Source: Chloroflexota bacterium
Lineage (GTDB): Bacteria > Chloroflexota > UBA11872
Direction: 5' to 3'
NCBI GenBank assembly: GCA_965220075.1
Contig: OZ244806.1
Coordinates: 519,009 to 583,008 of the forward strand
Length of the DNA: 64,000 nucleotides
The translations under genes and the position numbers were made by a program. Shown piece by piece: positions 1 to 10,107 of the stretch; position 1 is the first letter of the stretch, and every line of letters starts with the position of its first letter. The notes under the pieces are model-generated. The model searched no databases, was not told where the DNA came from, and saw only the letters and a list, made by a program, of their open reading frames with translations.

Positions 1-1251
1 CACTGCGGCCGCAAAGTGCGCCAGCAGTGAGAAGCGAGCCACCACCCGGATTCCCTTGAATACCGGGGTGTGCTCGAACAGTTGCAGGTAAGGCAGCGCA
101 ATGTCGCTGACGACCTCATGTCGCTTCCAATGCGTACCCAGCGAGAACAGCACGCCTGTTGCGGCGAGCGCTACGAGCACGAATGTGGTGGCTCGCAACC
201 CCTTGCCTGTAGCCCGCTGCCCAACCAAACCAGCCACCAGGCCCACGGCTGCGAAGAGCGGCGGAACGAATCCGGGAAAAACCCGTCGTTCACCGTGCGG
301 CACCGGAAAGCGCTCCATCAGTGCGCCGTACCACTGCAGACGCCCATTCGGCGACAGGTAGTCTCGAAGCTGCACCGACCAGAACTGGACCTCCGTGATA
401 TCGCGGTCTAGGCGCCAGGCCTCGCTGAAGGCGAGGTAACCATGCAGGATAGGGACGAACGGTGCGGTGACCGCGGCGCCGGCGGCGAGCATGGCCAGCG
501 CGCGCCGAACGTCTCGCTCCTTGGCGACACGGTGGACGGCCGGCGCTGCCACGAACGCCGCGTAGACCATGCCGGCGAGCACGCCCAGGTGCGCGTTGGT
601 GGTGAATTGCACCCAGACCATCAACGTCGCCAGCCCGAAGTCCAGCCAGCCGCCGCCTCTCCATACTCGAATGCCGAACAAGAGCACCAACGGCAGCCAC
701 CAGGCACCCAGAAACTGGAAGTGGCTGGCGTACGCCAGTTGCAGCGGCCCGAAGGCATAAATCGCGCCCGCGAGCAGGGCGCCGGGACGCGACCGCGTTA
801 GCGTGAGCACAGTCGCGTACATCGCGCCGGCGTTGAGGGCGAAGGCCGCGACGTGCGTCAGGCTGTAGGCCAGCACGGGGTTCTGGGTCATCCATGCAAG
901 CGGCGCGTAGACGGGCAGGTAACCGAGCACCAGATCGCTGCCATAGAGCGCTTCGCCCGAACCGAAGTAGAAGTTCCCGGTGAAGAAATCTCCCGGCTGA
1001 GAGAACAAGGCGAGGCGCATCCATTCCAACTGGCTCAGCAAGAAAAGCTGATCGCCGCTGGGTTTGTAGGCGATGTGGGTCCCCGCAACTAGCCACAGCG
1101 GGTACGTGAACAGGAGGGCGCAGGCTACGTACAGCAGCGCGGCCGCGGCCTCAGCGGTCCAGCGCGGGCGGCGAGGCGCGGCCGCGGCCGTCAAGCGCTC
1201 CAGCATTGGGGTTCGATCGTGCCGCCGCCGCGGCGCCAAGGCTCTTAGCAT
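1..1251 (-). CDS. Polytopic integral membrane protein (3' end truncated by the window edge); possible GT-C-like glycosyltransferase or transporter
   Basis: I translated the minus strand by hand. The frame is open from ATG 1251..1249 to the window edge (MLRALAPRRRHDRTPMLERL...), with many hydrophobic helices rich in W, F, L and Y. The ATG directly abuts the TAG stop of the upstream lipoprotein gene (TAGATG), which indicates translational coupling. The ORF track omits it because it runs off the window. Confidence 0.6.
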   Translation of the reverse strand, partial: MLRALAPRRRHDRTPMLERLTAAAAPRRPRWTAEAAAALLYVACALLFTYPLWLVAGTHIAYKPSGDQLFLLSQLEWMRLALFSQPGDFFTGNFYFGSGEALYGSDLVLGYLPVYAPLAWMTQNPVLAYSLTHVAAFALNAGAMYATVLTLTRSRPGALLAGAIYAFGPLQLAYASHFQFLGAWWLPLVLLFGIRVWRGGGWLDFGLATLMVWVQFTTNAHLGVLAGMVYAAFVAAPAVHRVAKERDVRRALAMLAAGAAVTAPFVPILHGYLAFSEAWRLDRDITEVQFWSVQLRDYLSPNGRLQWYGALMERFPVPHGERRVFPGFVPPLFAAVGLVAGLVGQRATGKGLRATTFVLVALAATGVLFSLGTHWKRHEVVSDIALPYLQLFEHTPVFKGIRVVARFSLLAHFAAAV

Positions 1252-2547
1252 CTAGCTCCGCCGGACGTCGCCCGTAACGACGTCCAGCACCCACAGCTCG
1301 GCCTCGCTTCTCTCCCCCTGGTACGCCAGGAAGGCCAGTTCCCTTTCCGATCGCCAGGTTGGTGACGTCGTCGCCCAACCGTCCGCAGGGTGCAGTCTCT
1401 CGGCGATCACTTGCGAGACCTTCTGTACGTTGTCCTGATCTACCCGATAGACCTCCACCACGGGAAGCAGCGGTGTGAGCAGGGCGGCCGCCAGGTGCTG
1501 GCCGTCGGGACTCCACCGCAACGACTCCACCGATCCGTCGTGTACGAACGTCGTCACCGTGTTCACGCCGGAGGCGATGTCCAGCACGCCGGCGATGTGG
1601 CTGGTGGCGCCGGCCGTCGACCACGCCAAGCGCCGGCCGGACGAGTTCAGCGCTACCGGCCCGAATCGCGGCGCATCCACCGCAAACGCAAGACCATCTT
1701 GGGAACCTTGCGCCTCGCCGCCGGCCAATGGGTCCCAGTGGCGCGGCAGCTCGCGCAGGTGTAACAGCTTGACCTCCGCGCCGCCGGCCGTGCGCAGCAA
1801 CAGCTGGCCGTCCACGCCCTCGACGCGCCCGCGGGCGAGCGTTAGAAAGCCGCTCGCCGACCCGCCGCCGGTGAACCGGAGCGTATAGCTGACCTCGATT
1901 CCGCTGGCCGAAATCTGCCCGCGCGCGTCCACGCGCACGCCCACGCCGGGAATGTTCTCCGCGCGCATGGCCAGAGCTCCGTCGCTGGTCACTCTGATGC
2001 GCATGTCGCCTAGCAGGTCGTCCGACTGTGCGGTGAAGGTTGCGCCGTTCGCGTTCCAGGTGCCGCCAAACTCCCGTACCGGGGGATCCAGCAGCCCGAA
2101 CACGGGGCCGTCCACGTCGATGGTCAAGCGCGCGTCGCCGGCCGCTGAGACCTCGATATCGACCATCGCGGCGCCCGAGGTGCCGAACGTGAGGTTCTTC
2201 CAAACGCCGTGCCAGAGCCCATCCACCGCCGCGGACAAGCCGGATACCGGTGCCGAGGTGGCGTCGGGCCGCGGCGTCGCGGCGGCCGTGGGGAGGCGCG
2301 TGGCAGTAGCCCGCGGGCTGGGCGTCGCTTTGGGGCTGGACGCCGGCGAAGCCGTGCCCGTGATCGCTGGCGCGGCGGGCTTGCCGCTGGCGGGCTCGAC
2401 GGCAGGTCCCGGGCTGACGCTGGACGCCGCTGGCCCGTCCGTCGCCGTCGGGCCGGCCTGGCTTGTCGGAGCGTTCGTCTGGTCCGGGCCGCACGCGCCT
2501 GTGCCGGCCGCCACGGCGAGCGCCAGCAGGGCAAGCGCCAGACGCAT
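1252..2547 (-). CDS. Lipoprotein with a Thr/Pro/Ala-rich linker and a C-terminal PD40/TolB-like beta-propeller
   Basis: Internal start MRLALALLALAVAAGTGAC is a signal peptide plus lipobox; the ATG is at 2547..2545. There is a long PT-rich linker, then repeats containing WSPDG, which is the PD40 signature (LRWSPDGQHLAA). The N-terminal 180 aa of the listed 612-aa ORF is Arg-rich and was rejected as an artefact. Confidence 0.6.
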   Translation of the reverse strand: MRLALALLALAVAAGTGACGPDQTNAPTSQAGPTATDGPAASSVSPGPAVEPASGKPAAPAITGTASPASSPKATPSPRATATRLPTAAATPRPDATSAPVSGLSAAVDGLWHGVWKNLTFGTSGAAMVDIEVSAAGDARLTIDVDGPVFGLLDPPVREFGGTWNANGATFTAQSDDLLGDMRIRVTSDGALAMRAENIPGVGVRVDARGQISASGIEVSYTLRFTGGGSASGFLTLARGRVEGVDGQLLLRTAGGAEVKLLHLRELPRHWDPLAGGEAQGSQDGLAFAVDAPRFGPVALNSSGRRLAWSTAGATSHIAGVLDIASGVNTVTTFVHDGSVESLRWSPDGQHLAAALLTPLLPVVEVYRVDQDNVQKVSQVIAERLHPADGWATTSPTWRSERELAFLAYQGERSEAELWVLDVVTGDVRRS

Positions 2548-2865
2548 GCGTCCCCGACGCACTGCGGACCTCACCCTATTCCGGCGGGACACGGCGCCGC
2601 GACGCCGCGGCCGAGGCTCACTGCTTGCGTGACTTTCATGTCGTTGGCGGCGATGGTCGCACCGACCTCCGGTCCCAGGCCAGCTTCGCGCATGTTCCAT
2701 GCGTCGGCGAAACGCTCGCCCTCTCGGTCCAGGCGGAGCGCTCTTAGGCCGCGTAGCAGCGTCTGTTAGACGGCCGTCGTTGCCACCGTCGCGGCCGCGC
2801 TCGGTGATAGCGGCGCGCGGGCGTCGTTCGGCTCTTGTTCGGTGCGATAATATGCGGCCGCTCAA

Positions 2866-4176
2866 GTGTCTGATCGTCACGCCATGCCCGAAGTTTCCTC
2901 CGTCCGCTTCGTGCACGCGGCCGACCTGCATCTCGGTTACCGCCAGTACGGACTGGAGGCTCGCGCCCGAGATTTTGCCCGCGCGTTCGATAGCTTGGTC
3001 GCCTACTGCCTGCGCGAGCGGCCCGACTTCGTGGTGCTGGCGGGCGACCTCTTCGATGCCAAGTCGATCGAGCCGGGCACCTACGCTCACGCGGACGCTC
3101 GACTGCAGGAGCTGGCCGAGGCCTCAATTCCGGTGATCGCCGTGGAGGGCAACCACGAGCGCTGGTACCGGCGCGGAGGCCGCTCGTGGCTCTGGCAGCT
3201 CAGCCGTCACCAGCGTCTGCGCCTGCTGCGGCTTCACGATCCGGAGACCGGTCTGTTGACCTGGCAGCCCTGGGAGCCCGCGCGCGGCTTCGGCGCCTTC
3301 ACCGACGTGGGGCCCGTGCGCATGTTCGGTGTGGAGTACCTGGGCGCGCGCCTGGCCTCGGTGCTGCCCGATCTGACCGCCGCCGCGGGCGCCGGCGCGC
3401 CGCGGCATGTGTGGTTCAGAATCGGCGTCCTTCACACCGGCGTCGACGTCGAGTCGCAGTTCGAATTGAGCTCCGGTACCGGCATGGCGCTCGACGAGCT
3501 CCTCCCGCTGCGCGCGGTGGCGGACTACCTGGCGCTCGGTCATGTCCATCACCGCTATGAGCTTCCGGCCGGCGACCCCTGGATTTTCAACCCCGGCTCG
3601 CTGGAGGCGCACAACGTACTCGAGGGGCTGGATAGCGCCGGAAGAGCCCGTGGAATCTTCGATGTAAGCGCCGAGCGCGGCTCGCCATCGAGCTTTCGAG
3701 CGCGTTTCCTTGACGAGGTGATCGCGCGCCGGCCGTTCCGGCGCCTGCTTGTCACCGCCCCGGGGCCGACCAGTTTTGACGAGCTCTATAGACAAGTCGA
3801 GGCCGAGCTGCCCGCGGACGCGCTGGATGAATCGAGCCAGCCGGTAGTCCAGCTGCTGATCCGCGGCCGTCTGGCCTTCCCGCGCGCGCAGTTCGACGAG
3901 CCCCGCCTGCTCGATCTCCTGCAGGAGAGGCTGCGGCCGCTGCACGCGCGCATCACCCTCGACCTGGACGCGGCTCCCGCGATAGGCGTGCACGCGCCCG
4001 CGGGCTCGCGTGCCGACATAGAGCGTGAGGTGGTGCGCGCGCTCATCGCGGCGTCGCCCGAGCACAGTTCGCGCGCCGAGACGCTCGCGCGCCTGGCCCT
4101 GGACCTGAAAGCGGGAGCGCTCCAGGATCGGTCGCCCGAAGACATGGCCGCGCAGGTCGAAGCCGCTCTGGATTGA
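2866..4176 (+). CDS. sbcD: DNA repair exonuclease SbcD (Mre11-type, calcineurin-like phosphoesterase)
   Basis: VRFVHAADLHLGY...VVLAGDLFD...GNHE...GHVH are the metallophosphoesterase motifs I-V. It lies immediately upstream of sbcC. The alternative start MPEV is at 2884. Confidence 0.85.
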   Translation: MSDRHAMPEVSSVRFVHAADLHLGYRQYGLEARARDFARAFDSLVAYCLRERPDFVVLAGDLFDAKSIEPGTYAHADARLQELAEASIPVIAVEGNHERWYRRGGRSWLWQLSRHQRLRLLRLHDPETGLLTWQPWEPARGFGAFTDVGPVRMFGVEYLGARLASVLPDLTAAAGAGAPRHVWFRIGVLHTGVDVESQFELSSGTGMALDELLPLRAVADYLALGHVHHRYELPAGDPWIFNPGSLEAHNVLEGLDSAGRARGIFDVSAERGSPSSFRARFLDEVIARRPFRRLLVTAPGPTSFDELYRQVEAELPADALDESSQPVVQLLIRGRLAFPRAQFDEPRLLDLLQERLRPLHARITLDLDAAPAIGVHAPAGSRADIEREVVRALIAASPEHSSRAETLARLALDLKAGALQDRSPEDMAAQVEAALD

Positions 4177-4177
4177 C

Positions 4178-7033
4178 GTGTTCATACATCGCGTCGCACT
4201 AACCAATTTCAAGAGCTTCGAGGAAGCGGTAGTAGACCTGCCGCCCGGCCTGACAGCCATCGTCGGCGAGAACGGCGCCGGCAAGAGCACCATTCTCGCG
4301 GCTATCGGGTTCGGTCTCTTCGGCTTCTTGCCGCACACGCGCCTTGCTCACATGCGGCACGGCGCCTCTCGTGCGGCCGTCTCGGTGGAGTTCAGCTCGG
4401 CGCGCAACGGGCGACGCTATCGCGTAACCCGCACGTTGCGCCGCTCCAGATCGGGCGGCAGCGGCGATCTCTCCCGCACTGTGCAAGGCAGCGCGGCCGT
4501 ATGCGACGTTGCGTCGAACCGCGAGCTCGAGGGCGGCGTGGAAGAGGTGGGCGAGTTCGTGGCTCGCCACCTGGAAATGCCCAGCTTTGCCAGTCCCGCG
4601 GATTTGTTCGAGCACGCCGTCGGCGTCCCGCAGGGACGGCTCACCGCCGATTTTCTCGATCCGCCGCGCCTGCGCCAACAGCGCTTCGACCCGGTGCTGC
4701 AAACCGCCGAGTTCCAAACGGCTTTCGAGGCGTTGCGCGGGCTGGCTCAGCACTTCGCCGCGCGTAACGCCGCCGGCCAGGCCAAGGTGGCCGGTCTGCG
4801 CGGACAGCTCGACCGCCAACCGGAGATGCGCCGCCGCCTCGACGACGCGCGACAGGCCGCCGCTGCGGCTGCGCAAGAGCGAACTACCGCCCTGGCCAGG
4901 GCAAAATCCGCTGAGGACGAATTCCAAGTTCACGAGCGACTGCGCACGGCCGCCTCGGACACCGTGCGAGCGCTGGACGTCGCGCGCCAGCTGGAGGCCC
5001 ACGCGCGCGGCGCTCTGCGCGCGGCCGTCGAGCGCGTCGACCAGGCTGCGCGCGCGGCCCGGATCGTCGCGGCCGCGGTGCCCGGTCACGCGGCGCACCA
5101 GGCCGCGCACGCAGCGCTACGGGACCTGCGCGGGGTTGAAGCCCGCACGGCGCCGCTGCGTGAAACGCTGGCCATCCAGCGGCACTCGCTCGCCGCCAGT
5201 GAGTCCGACCTGCGAGACGCGCGGGCGCTGCTTGCGGGTTCGGAAGCGGCCGCCCCGGGGGCCGAGCCTGCCGGGACAGCCTCGGACGGGGGCTTAGATC
5301 TGCCCTCCGGGGTCGCCGCGCTGCGCGACGCGCACGCCGCCGCGCAAGCGCGCGCCCAAGCGCGCAGATCTGGCGCCGCCGCGGCGCTGGCCCGAGCCAA
5401 AAACGAAGCTGTCGCGGCCCACCGGCGCTTGGCAGGCCGCGTGGCCGCCCTTGAGCGCGCCGCGCAAGCCTTGCGGGACGCGCTGGCGGTTGCCGTGCGC
5501 AGCGGTGAGCCGGCGGCCCGGCTCGATGCTCTGCGCGACCGCCTGAGCGAGCTTCGCGCCAGGCGCGCCAACGTTGATGCGCTGTTCGAGGCGGATGAGC
5601 ACGCGCGCGACCTGCTTGCCCACCGCGGCCTCTGCCCCTTCTTCGATAACGCCTGTCGCAACCTGGCCGAGATTCCCGACGTGACCGAGATCTTTGGCCG
5701 GCGCGCTTCCGCAAGCCGGCGCCGTCTCGACGAGCTGGACGGCGAAATTGCGTCCACCCGGGAGAAGGTAGCCGGCGCCGCGGCCGCTCTGGAACACGCC
5801 CAGCGCGCCGGCGCTCTGGGCGTACGCTTCGCCGCGGAGCGGGCGCGCCTTGACGCGCTGCGTGGCGGCTTAGAGCTGCTCCAGCCGGTCCTCACGGCCG
5901 TGCGGACCGACAATCGAGCAGCCCTTGCAAAAGGCTTGGCCGCGCAAGCGAGCGCCGCTCATGCGGCCGACTCGGCGCCTGATTTGGACGCCGGTGCCGA
6001 GGGCGTGTGGGAAACCGCGTCACGCGTCGCCGACGCGTTGAGCGCGCTCGACGACGCCCGCGCGGACGCCGCCGCGCCGCGCATCGCGCGGGCGTTCGCC
6101 GTGGCTGCGCGGCGACGGCTCGACGCCGATCGCGCGGTCCTGACCGCCACCGAAGGCGAGCTGGCCGCCATTCAGCCCGATGTGGTGCGATTGCAAGCCG
6201 CGTCCAGGGAGTTCGGGCAGACCCGCGAAGCCAGCGAGCGCTATCTGCGCAACGTTTCGCTGGCCGGTGAGCTTGACCAACGGCAAGCTCAGGTCGCGGA
6301 TGCGCGGCGCACGGCCGGGCAGGCCGCCGAACAACTCGAGGCGGCGGCCGCAACCCACGATCGCGCCCGCCAGGCGTTCGATCCTGACGCGCACGCAGCG
6401 GCGCTGCGCGCGCGCGACGACTCCCTTGGACGCGTTCGCCAGCTCGCCGAGCGCGAAGCGCAGGCGCGCGCACGCGTAGCGGACCTTCAGGCCGAGCACG
6501 AGCGCCTGGAGCGAATCGGGCGGCAGCTTACCGAGGCTCGCGCTGAGTTGGCGCGCATCCGGCGGGCCGAGGGGCTGACCGACTTCGTACGCACCGTACT
6601 TCGGCGCGCCGGGCCGCTGGTCACTGAAGCGCTGCTAGCCGGCGTTTCGGCCGCCGCCGATGAGATCTTCGGCGTCATCATGGGTGACCCGTCGGCGCGT
6701 CTGCGTTGGACCAGCGACTACGACATCGTGCTGACCCGCGATGGCGACGAACGCCAGTTCACGCAGCTATCCGGCGGCGAGCAGGTGAGCGCCGCTCTGG
6801 CCGTGCGGCTGGCTGTCCTGCGCGAGATACTCAAGCTCGACGTCGCGTTCTTCGATGAGCCTACCCAGCACCTCGACGAGACCCGCCGGGCCAACCTGGC
6901 GGAGCAGATCTTGAATGTACGCGGCTTCTCGCAACTGGTGGTGATCACGCATGACGACACGTTCGAGCGCCTGCTCGACGGCGTAATCCACGTACGCAAG
7001 GTGGCCGGCCGCAGTGTGATCGAGCCGGCTTAG
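4178..7033 (+). CDS. sbcC: DNA repair ATPase SbcC (Rad50/SMC-like) with a coiled coil and a zinc hook
   Basis: N-terminal Walker A (GENGAGKSTIL). A long Ala/Arg/Glu-rich coiled coil carries the central hook motif HRGLCPFFDNAC. The C-terminal signature and D-loop are LSGGEQV...FFDEPTQHLD. It starts with GTG 1 nt after the sbcD stop. Confidence 0.9.
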   Translation: MFIHRVALTNFKSFEEAVVDLPPGLTAIVGENGAGKSTILAAIGFGLFGFLPHTRLAHMRHGASRAAVSVEFSSARNGRRYRVTRTLRRSRSGGSGDLSRTVQGSAAVCDVASNRELEGGVEEVGEFVARHLEMPSFASPADLFEHAVGVPQGRLTADFLDPPRLRQQRFDPVLQTAEFQTAFEALRGLAQHFAARNAAGQAKVAGLRGQLDRQPEMRRRLDDARQAAAAAAQERTTALARAKSAEDEFQVHERLRTAASDTVRALDVARQLEAHARGALRAAVERVDQAARAARIVAAAVPGHAAHQAAHAALRDLRGVEARTAPLRETLAIQRHSLAASESDLRDARALLAGSEAAAPGAEPAGTASDGGLDLPSGVAALRDAHAAAQARAQARRSGAAAALARAKNEAVAAHRRLAGRVAALERAAQALRDALAVAVRSGEPAARLDALRDRLSELRARRANVDALFEADEHARDLLAHRGLCPFFDNACRNLAEIPDVTEIFGRRASASRRRLDELDGEIASTREKVAGAAAALEHAQRAGALGVRFAAERARLDALRGGLELLQPVLTAVRTDNRAALAKGLAAQASAAHAADSAPDLDAGAEGVWETASRVADALSALDDARADAAAPRIARAFAVAARRRLDADRAVLTATEGELAAIQPDVVRLQAASREFGQTREASERYLRNVSLAGELDQRQAQVADARRTAGQAAEQLEAAAATHDRARQAFDPDAHAAALRARDDSLGRVRQLAEREAQARARVADLQAEHERLERIGRQLTEARAELARIRRAEGLTDFVRTVLRRAGPLVTEALLAGVSAAADEIFGVIMGDPSARLRWTSDYDIVLTRDGDERQFTQLSGGEQVSAALAVRLAVLREILKLDVAFFDEPTQHLDETRRANLAEQILNVRGFSQLVVITHDDTFERLLDGVIHVRKVAGRSVIEPA

Positions 7034-7041
7034 CAGGCGCC

Positions 7042-7062
7042 GCGTCGGACTACGGCCGACGC
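7042..7062 (+). terminator. Candidate stem-loop downstream of sbcC (gcgtcgg-actacgg-ccgacgc)
   Basis: A 7-bp perfect inverted repeat lies 9 nt after the sbcC stop. No U-tract follows, which is common in high-GC genomes. Confidence 0.25.
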
Positions 7063-7245
7063 GCGCAAGGAGGGACTGCATGTGACTCATGCGCCGCGCG
7101 GACGGCTACCATGACCGGCGCGCCTGGCTTGCGCGGCCCTCACCTCCGAGCTGCTTGAGTTCGTGTCCACGACTTTGCCCGCGTCCGGGCCGCTTGCGCG
7201 TATGACGGTTCTCAAGGCCGACGGGGGCGCCGCGGCCGCGCTCTC

Positions 7246-7963
7246 TTGAAGCTCGCCTACGTGCGGCGCTATGCCGAGGTCGTGCGAACCAACTGGTGGA
7301 GCCGCTCACGCCATGAGTTTGCGGGTGCCCTGGCCGCGCGCTCGGGCGACGGCGCTCTTCGATCCGTTCTCGACGTGGGGTCTTTCAATGGCGCGCTGCT
7401 GGAGACGCTCCCCCAGGTTCCCCTCCGCATTGGTGTTGACATATCGAAGGACGCCCTTGCGCTCATACCCGCGCGGCTGCGCTCCCGCGCGGCTCCCCTT
7501 CGCCGACGCTCAGTTCGATGGGGTCATGTGCTTGGACGTGCTGGAGCACATAGCGGACGACGCGGGCGCCGCGGCCGAAATGGCGCGTGTGTTGCGGCCG
7601 GGCGGCGTCCTGGTGCTGGCCGTGCCCGCCTACACGGGGCTTTGGACCTCGCGCGACGTCTATCTGGGACACCAGCGCCGCTATCGGCGCGCGCAGCTTG
7701 AATCGGTTGTCCGGGCGGCCGGCCTCGACGTGGCCTGGTGTACCCATTTCAGCGTGGCCATGGTTGCCCCGCTGCTGGCCTTGCGCGCTCTGGAGTGGCT
7801 CACGCGCCGTACGGCCGCCGCCGCGCCCCGCGCGGGCCAGCTGCGGGCCGGACGCCTGAACGACTGGCTCTATCGGTTCCACACCTGGGAGGCCCGCCTG
7901 GCTCTGCGAGTGCGCCTGCCGGTCGGTTCGTCCATCGCCTGCGTAGCGTGCCAGCCCGTCTAG
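7246..7963 (+). pseudogene. Class I SAM-dependent methyltransferase, apparently frameshifted
   Basis: Frame A (7246..7701) gives the motif-I region VLDVGSFNGALLETL...RIGVDISKDAL. Frame B (7271..7963) gives the post-I and II region LPFADAQFDGVMCLDVLEHIADD...VLRPGGVLVLAVP. The switch lies within about 7440-7500, near gctcccgcgcggctcccctt. Confidence 0.5.
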
Positions 7964-9972
7964 ACGCCTCGGTTCGATCCGGCCCTCTGAAACTCGTAGA
8001 TCAAAACGTCCCCGTCCGGCGCCCGGTGTACCTCGCGAAAGCGGCCGTCGGCCAGCTTGGCCGCGATCTCAGCCCGCTGCCGCTCGTCCATCTCGCGCGG
8101 CTCCACGTAGACGTAGCGAATCCCCAGCACTTCCAGATCGGAGTCGCGCAGCCGCTGCTGCGCCCACCCGTACAGCCGGGCGAACTCTTCGCCCCTGGAT
8201 AGATGGTGGTATCCGTAGGGGATGAATTGACCGGTCTCCGCTGCGATGTAGGCCGTAGTAAGCGGGGATTCACCGTCATAGAGCAGATAGGCGGTCCGGG
8301 CGCCGTGCACTACTAGCAGGCGATCGGACACTTGCGTCTGCGTGCTCAGAAAATCGGCCGTACCTGGCGGGATGCCGGGTTCCGCGCGGTGTGCCTGGGC
8401 CGCCATTCCCGGCCACGCCAGCGACGTCATCAGGAATCCTCCGCAAAGCGCGGCGCCGGCGGTCGCGGCCGCCGCGCCCCACGCGCGCCGCCAGCGCGGC
8501 AGCCGCACGCCGATCTCGGCCGCGGCGATGGCCGCCGCAAGCGCCGCGAAGCTCAGCCCCGCGTGGAGCAGGCGATACTGATCGGCGGCGGAGTGCTCGA
8601 GTCGAAAGACGATCACCACCGCCACGTTCGCCGCGGCCACCAGCGCCCAGGGCGCGGCGTGGGACCGGCCCCGCCGCACGCCGATCCACGCCAGCGTCAG
8701 GGCTAGAATCCAGAGAAGCGGTCCGGCGTCTACCAGCAGCTCGATGCTCGCAATCGGCACGTCGTGCCAGCCCGTCGTCGGCCAGCCAACGAACGGTCCG
8801 GCGCTGTTGTAGCCCCAGCTCGGAAGCTCGCCGAAGTGCACCGTGTTCAGGCTGGGCCGGAGTTGGCCCACGGCCGATTGCGAGCCAACCAACCCGCCCA
8901 GCACGCCGCTGGTTGTTTGGTTGAGCAAGAACGCCGCCGCGCTGGCGACTAGCACGCCGGCCGTGCTCCGCAGCGCCTGGCCGGCGCCCGATTTCCGACT
9001 AAGCCAGCACGCCGCCACAATTCCGGCGGGCACGGTGAACACCAGGAACTCGTTGCTCGCACCCAGATACGTCAGGGCCAACGCGGCCAGCAGCCAGGCC
9101 GCCAGCCCTCCTCTTTGGACCGCGGTCCAAAGCGCCGCCAGCGCCACCAGCGCCGCGATGAAACCGTGCAGTGCGGTGGGGTTGTGGGTCGCCATGGTGT
9201 AAGGCCCCCCCAACAGCAGCCCGCTCCATGCCACCGCGGCGGGGGATTCCACCACCACACCCAGCACGTCGCCCAAGCCCCGCTCGCGAATCGCGGGCAG
9301 AGTGGTCAGCCAGTAGAGCGGCCCCCAGGCGAACGCCAGCAGAGCGCCCCCAATCGCCCAGCGCGGCCTCAGCACGCTTCTCAGCGCACCGGCGGCCGTG
9401 GCCACCGCAACCGCGGCCGTAGCGCCGATTACGTGCGGCATCACGTCGCGCGTTGGCAGCTCCAGCAAATCGATCACGCCGGCCGCCAGGGTGTGCAGCG
9501 TTACCCGGTACTGCAGCGGATCGTTGGGCTCCATCGGGTTGATTACGGGAAAATTCCCCCGCGCGATCGACGTGACCAGCCCGCTGTGCATGTAGAGAGT
9601 TCCCACGTCCGCCCGGCCCAGAGTCCCCTCGTACCAGAACGCCAGCGCGGCCAGATAGGCGAGCAGGCAGGCGCCCAGCAAGGCCGCCGCCGCGCGCGCT
9701 GATTCGCGCCCGGCCGTCGGAACCTGGCCGCGCCGTGCCAGCCATCCGCCGGCCAGGCAGAGCGCACCGGTTACGAGCAGAGCGGCGGAAGCGGGCATGG
9801 CCAGCGGCAGCCACAGCATCGGCAGGCCCAGCGCGACCAGTCCGATCCCCGTGCCCAGCGCGGCGCGGCTCACTGTGCCGGCGGATGGGAGCAGGCGTCC
9901 GGCCAGCGCGATCCCCAGCCACCACGCCGCCCCCAGGCATAGAACCAGGGCGATCAGCCGCAGAACGATCAC
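7960..9972 (-). CDS. Large polytopic membrane protein with a C-terminal soluble domain; candidate GT-C glycosyltransferase
   Basis: 670 aa. About 12 predicted TM helices come first (MIVLRLIALVLCLGAAWWLGIALAG...), followed by a ~150-aa hydrophilic C-terminal domain. It is divergent from a polyprenol-phosphate-type GT2. Confidence 0.55.
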   Translation of the reverse strand: MIVLRLIALVLCLGAAWWLGIALAGRLLPSAGTVSRAALGTGIGLVALGLPMLWLPLAMPASAALLVTGALCLAGGWLARRGQVPTAGRESARAAAALLGACLLAYLAALAFWYEGTLGRADVGTLYMHSGLVTSIARGNFPVINPMEPNDPLQYRVTLHTLAAGVIDLLELPTRDVMPHVIGATAAVAVATAAGALRSVLRPRWAIGGALLAFAWGPLYWLTTLPAIRERGLGDVLGVVVESPAAVAWSGLLLGGPYTMATHNPTALHGFIAALVALAALWTAVQRGGLAAWLLAALALTYLGASNEFLVFTVPAGIVAACWLSRKSGAGQALRSTAGVLVASAAAFLLNQTTSGVLGGLVGSQSAVGQLRPSLNTVHFGELPSWGYNSAGPFVGWPTTGWHDVPIASIELLVDAGPLLWILALTLAWIGVRRGRSHAAPWALVAAANVAVVIVFRLEHSAADQYRLLHAGLSFAALAAAIAAAEIGVRLPRWRRAWGAAAATAGAALCGGFLMTSLAWPGMAAQAHRAEPGIPPGTADFLSTQTQVSDRLLVVHGARTAYLLYDGESPLTTAYIAAETGQFIPYGYHHLSRGEEFARLYGWAQQRLRDSDLEVLGIRYVYVEPREMDERQRAEIAAKLADGRFREVHRAPDGDVLIYEFQRAGSNRGV

Positions 9973-10107
9973 GCACCCCGCCTTTGTGCGCGGTTACACG
10001 CCGCTGCTTTCACAGTCACATGTGCGATTCTCTAGCCTCCGGTCGGATGGCAGGCGCCCCGCGCGCAGTCGGGGCCGCGTGAGCGCCTGGTGCGCTTTGG
10101 AGGATAG

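Noticed and set aside
1151-2494. 447-aa minus-strand ORF overlapping the lipoprotein gene; similar long Arg/Gly/Ala-rich ORFs occur at 290..1096, 3124..4338, 4199..5110, 4884..5913, 8999..9976 and 14893..16227
   Set aside because: Extreme Arg/Ala/Gly/Pro composition with no motifs. They lie antisense or out of frame to genes with clear family signatures. These are typical stop-codon-poor artefacts of ~70% GC DNA.
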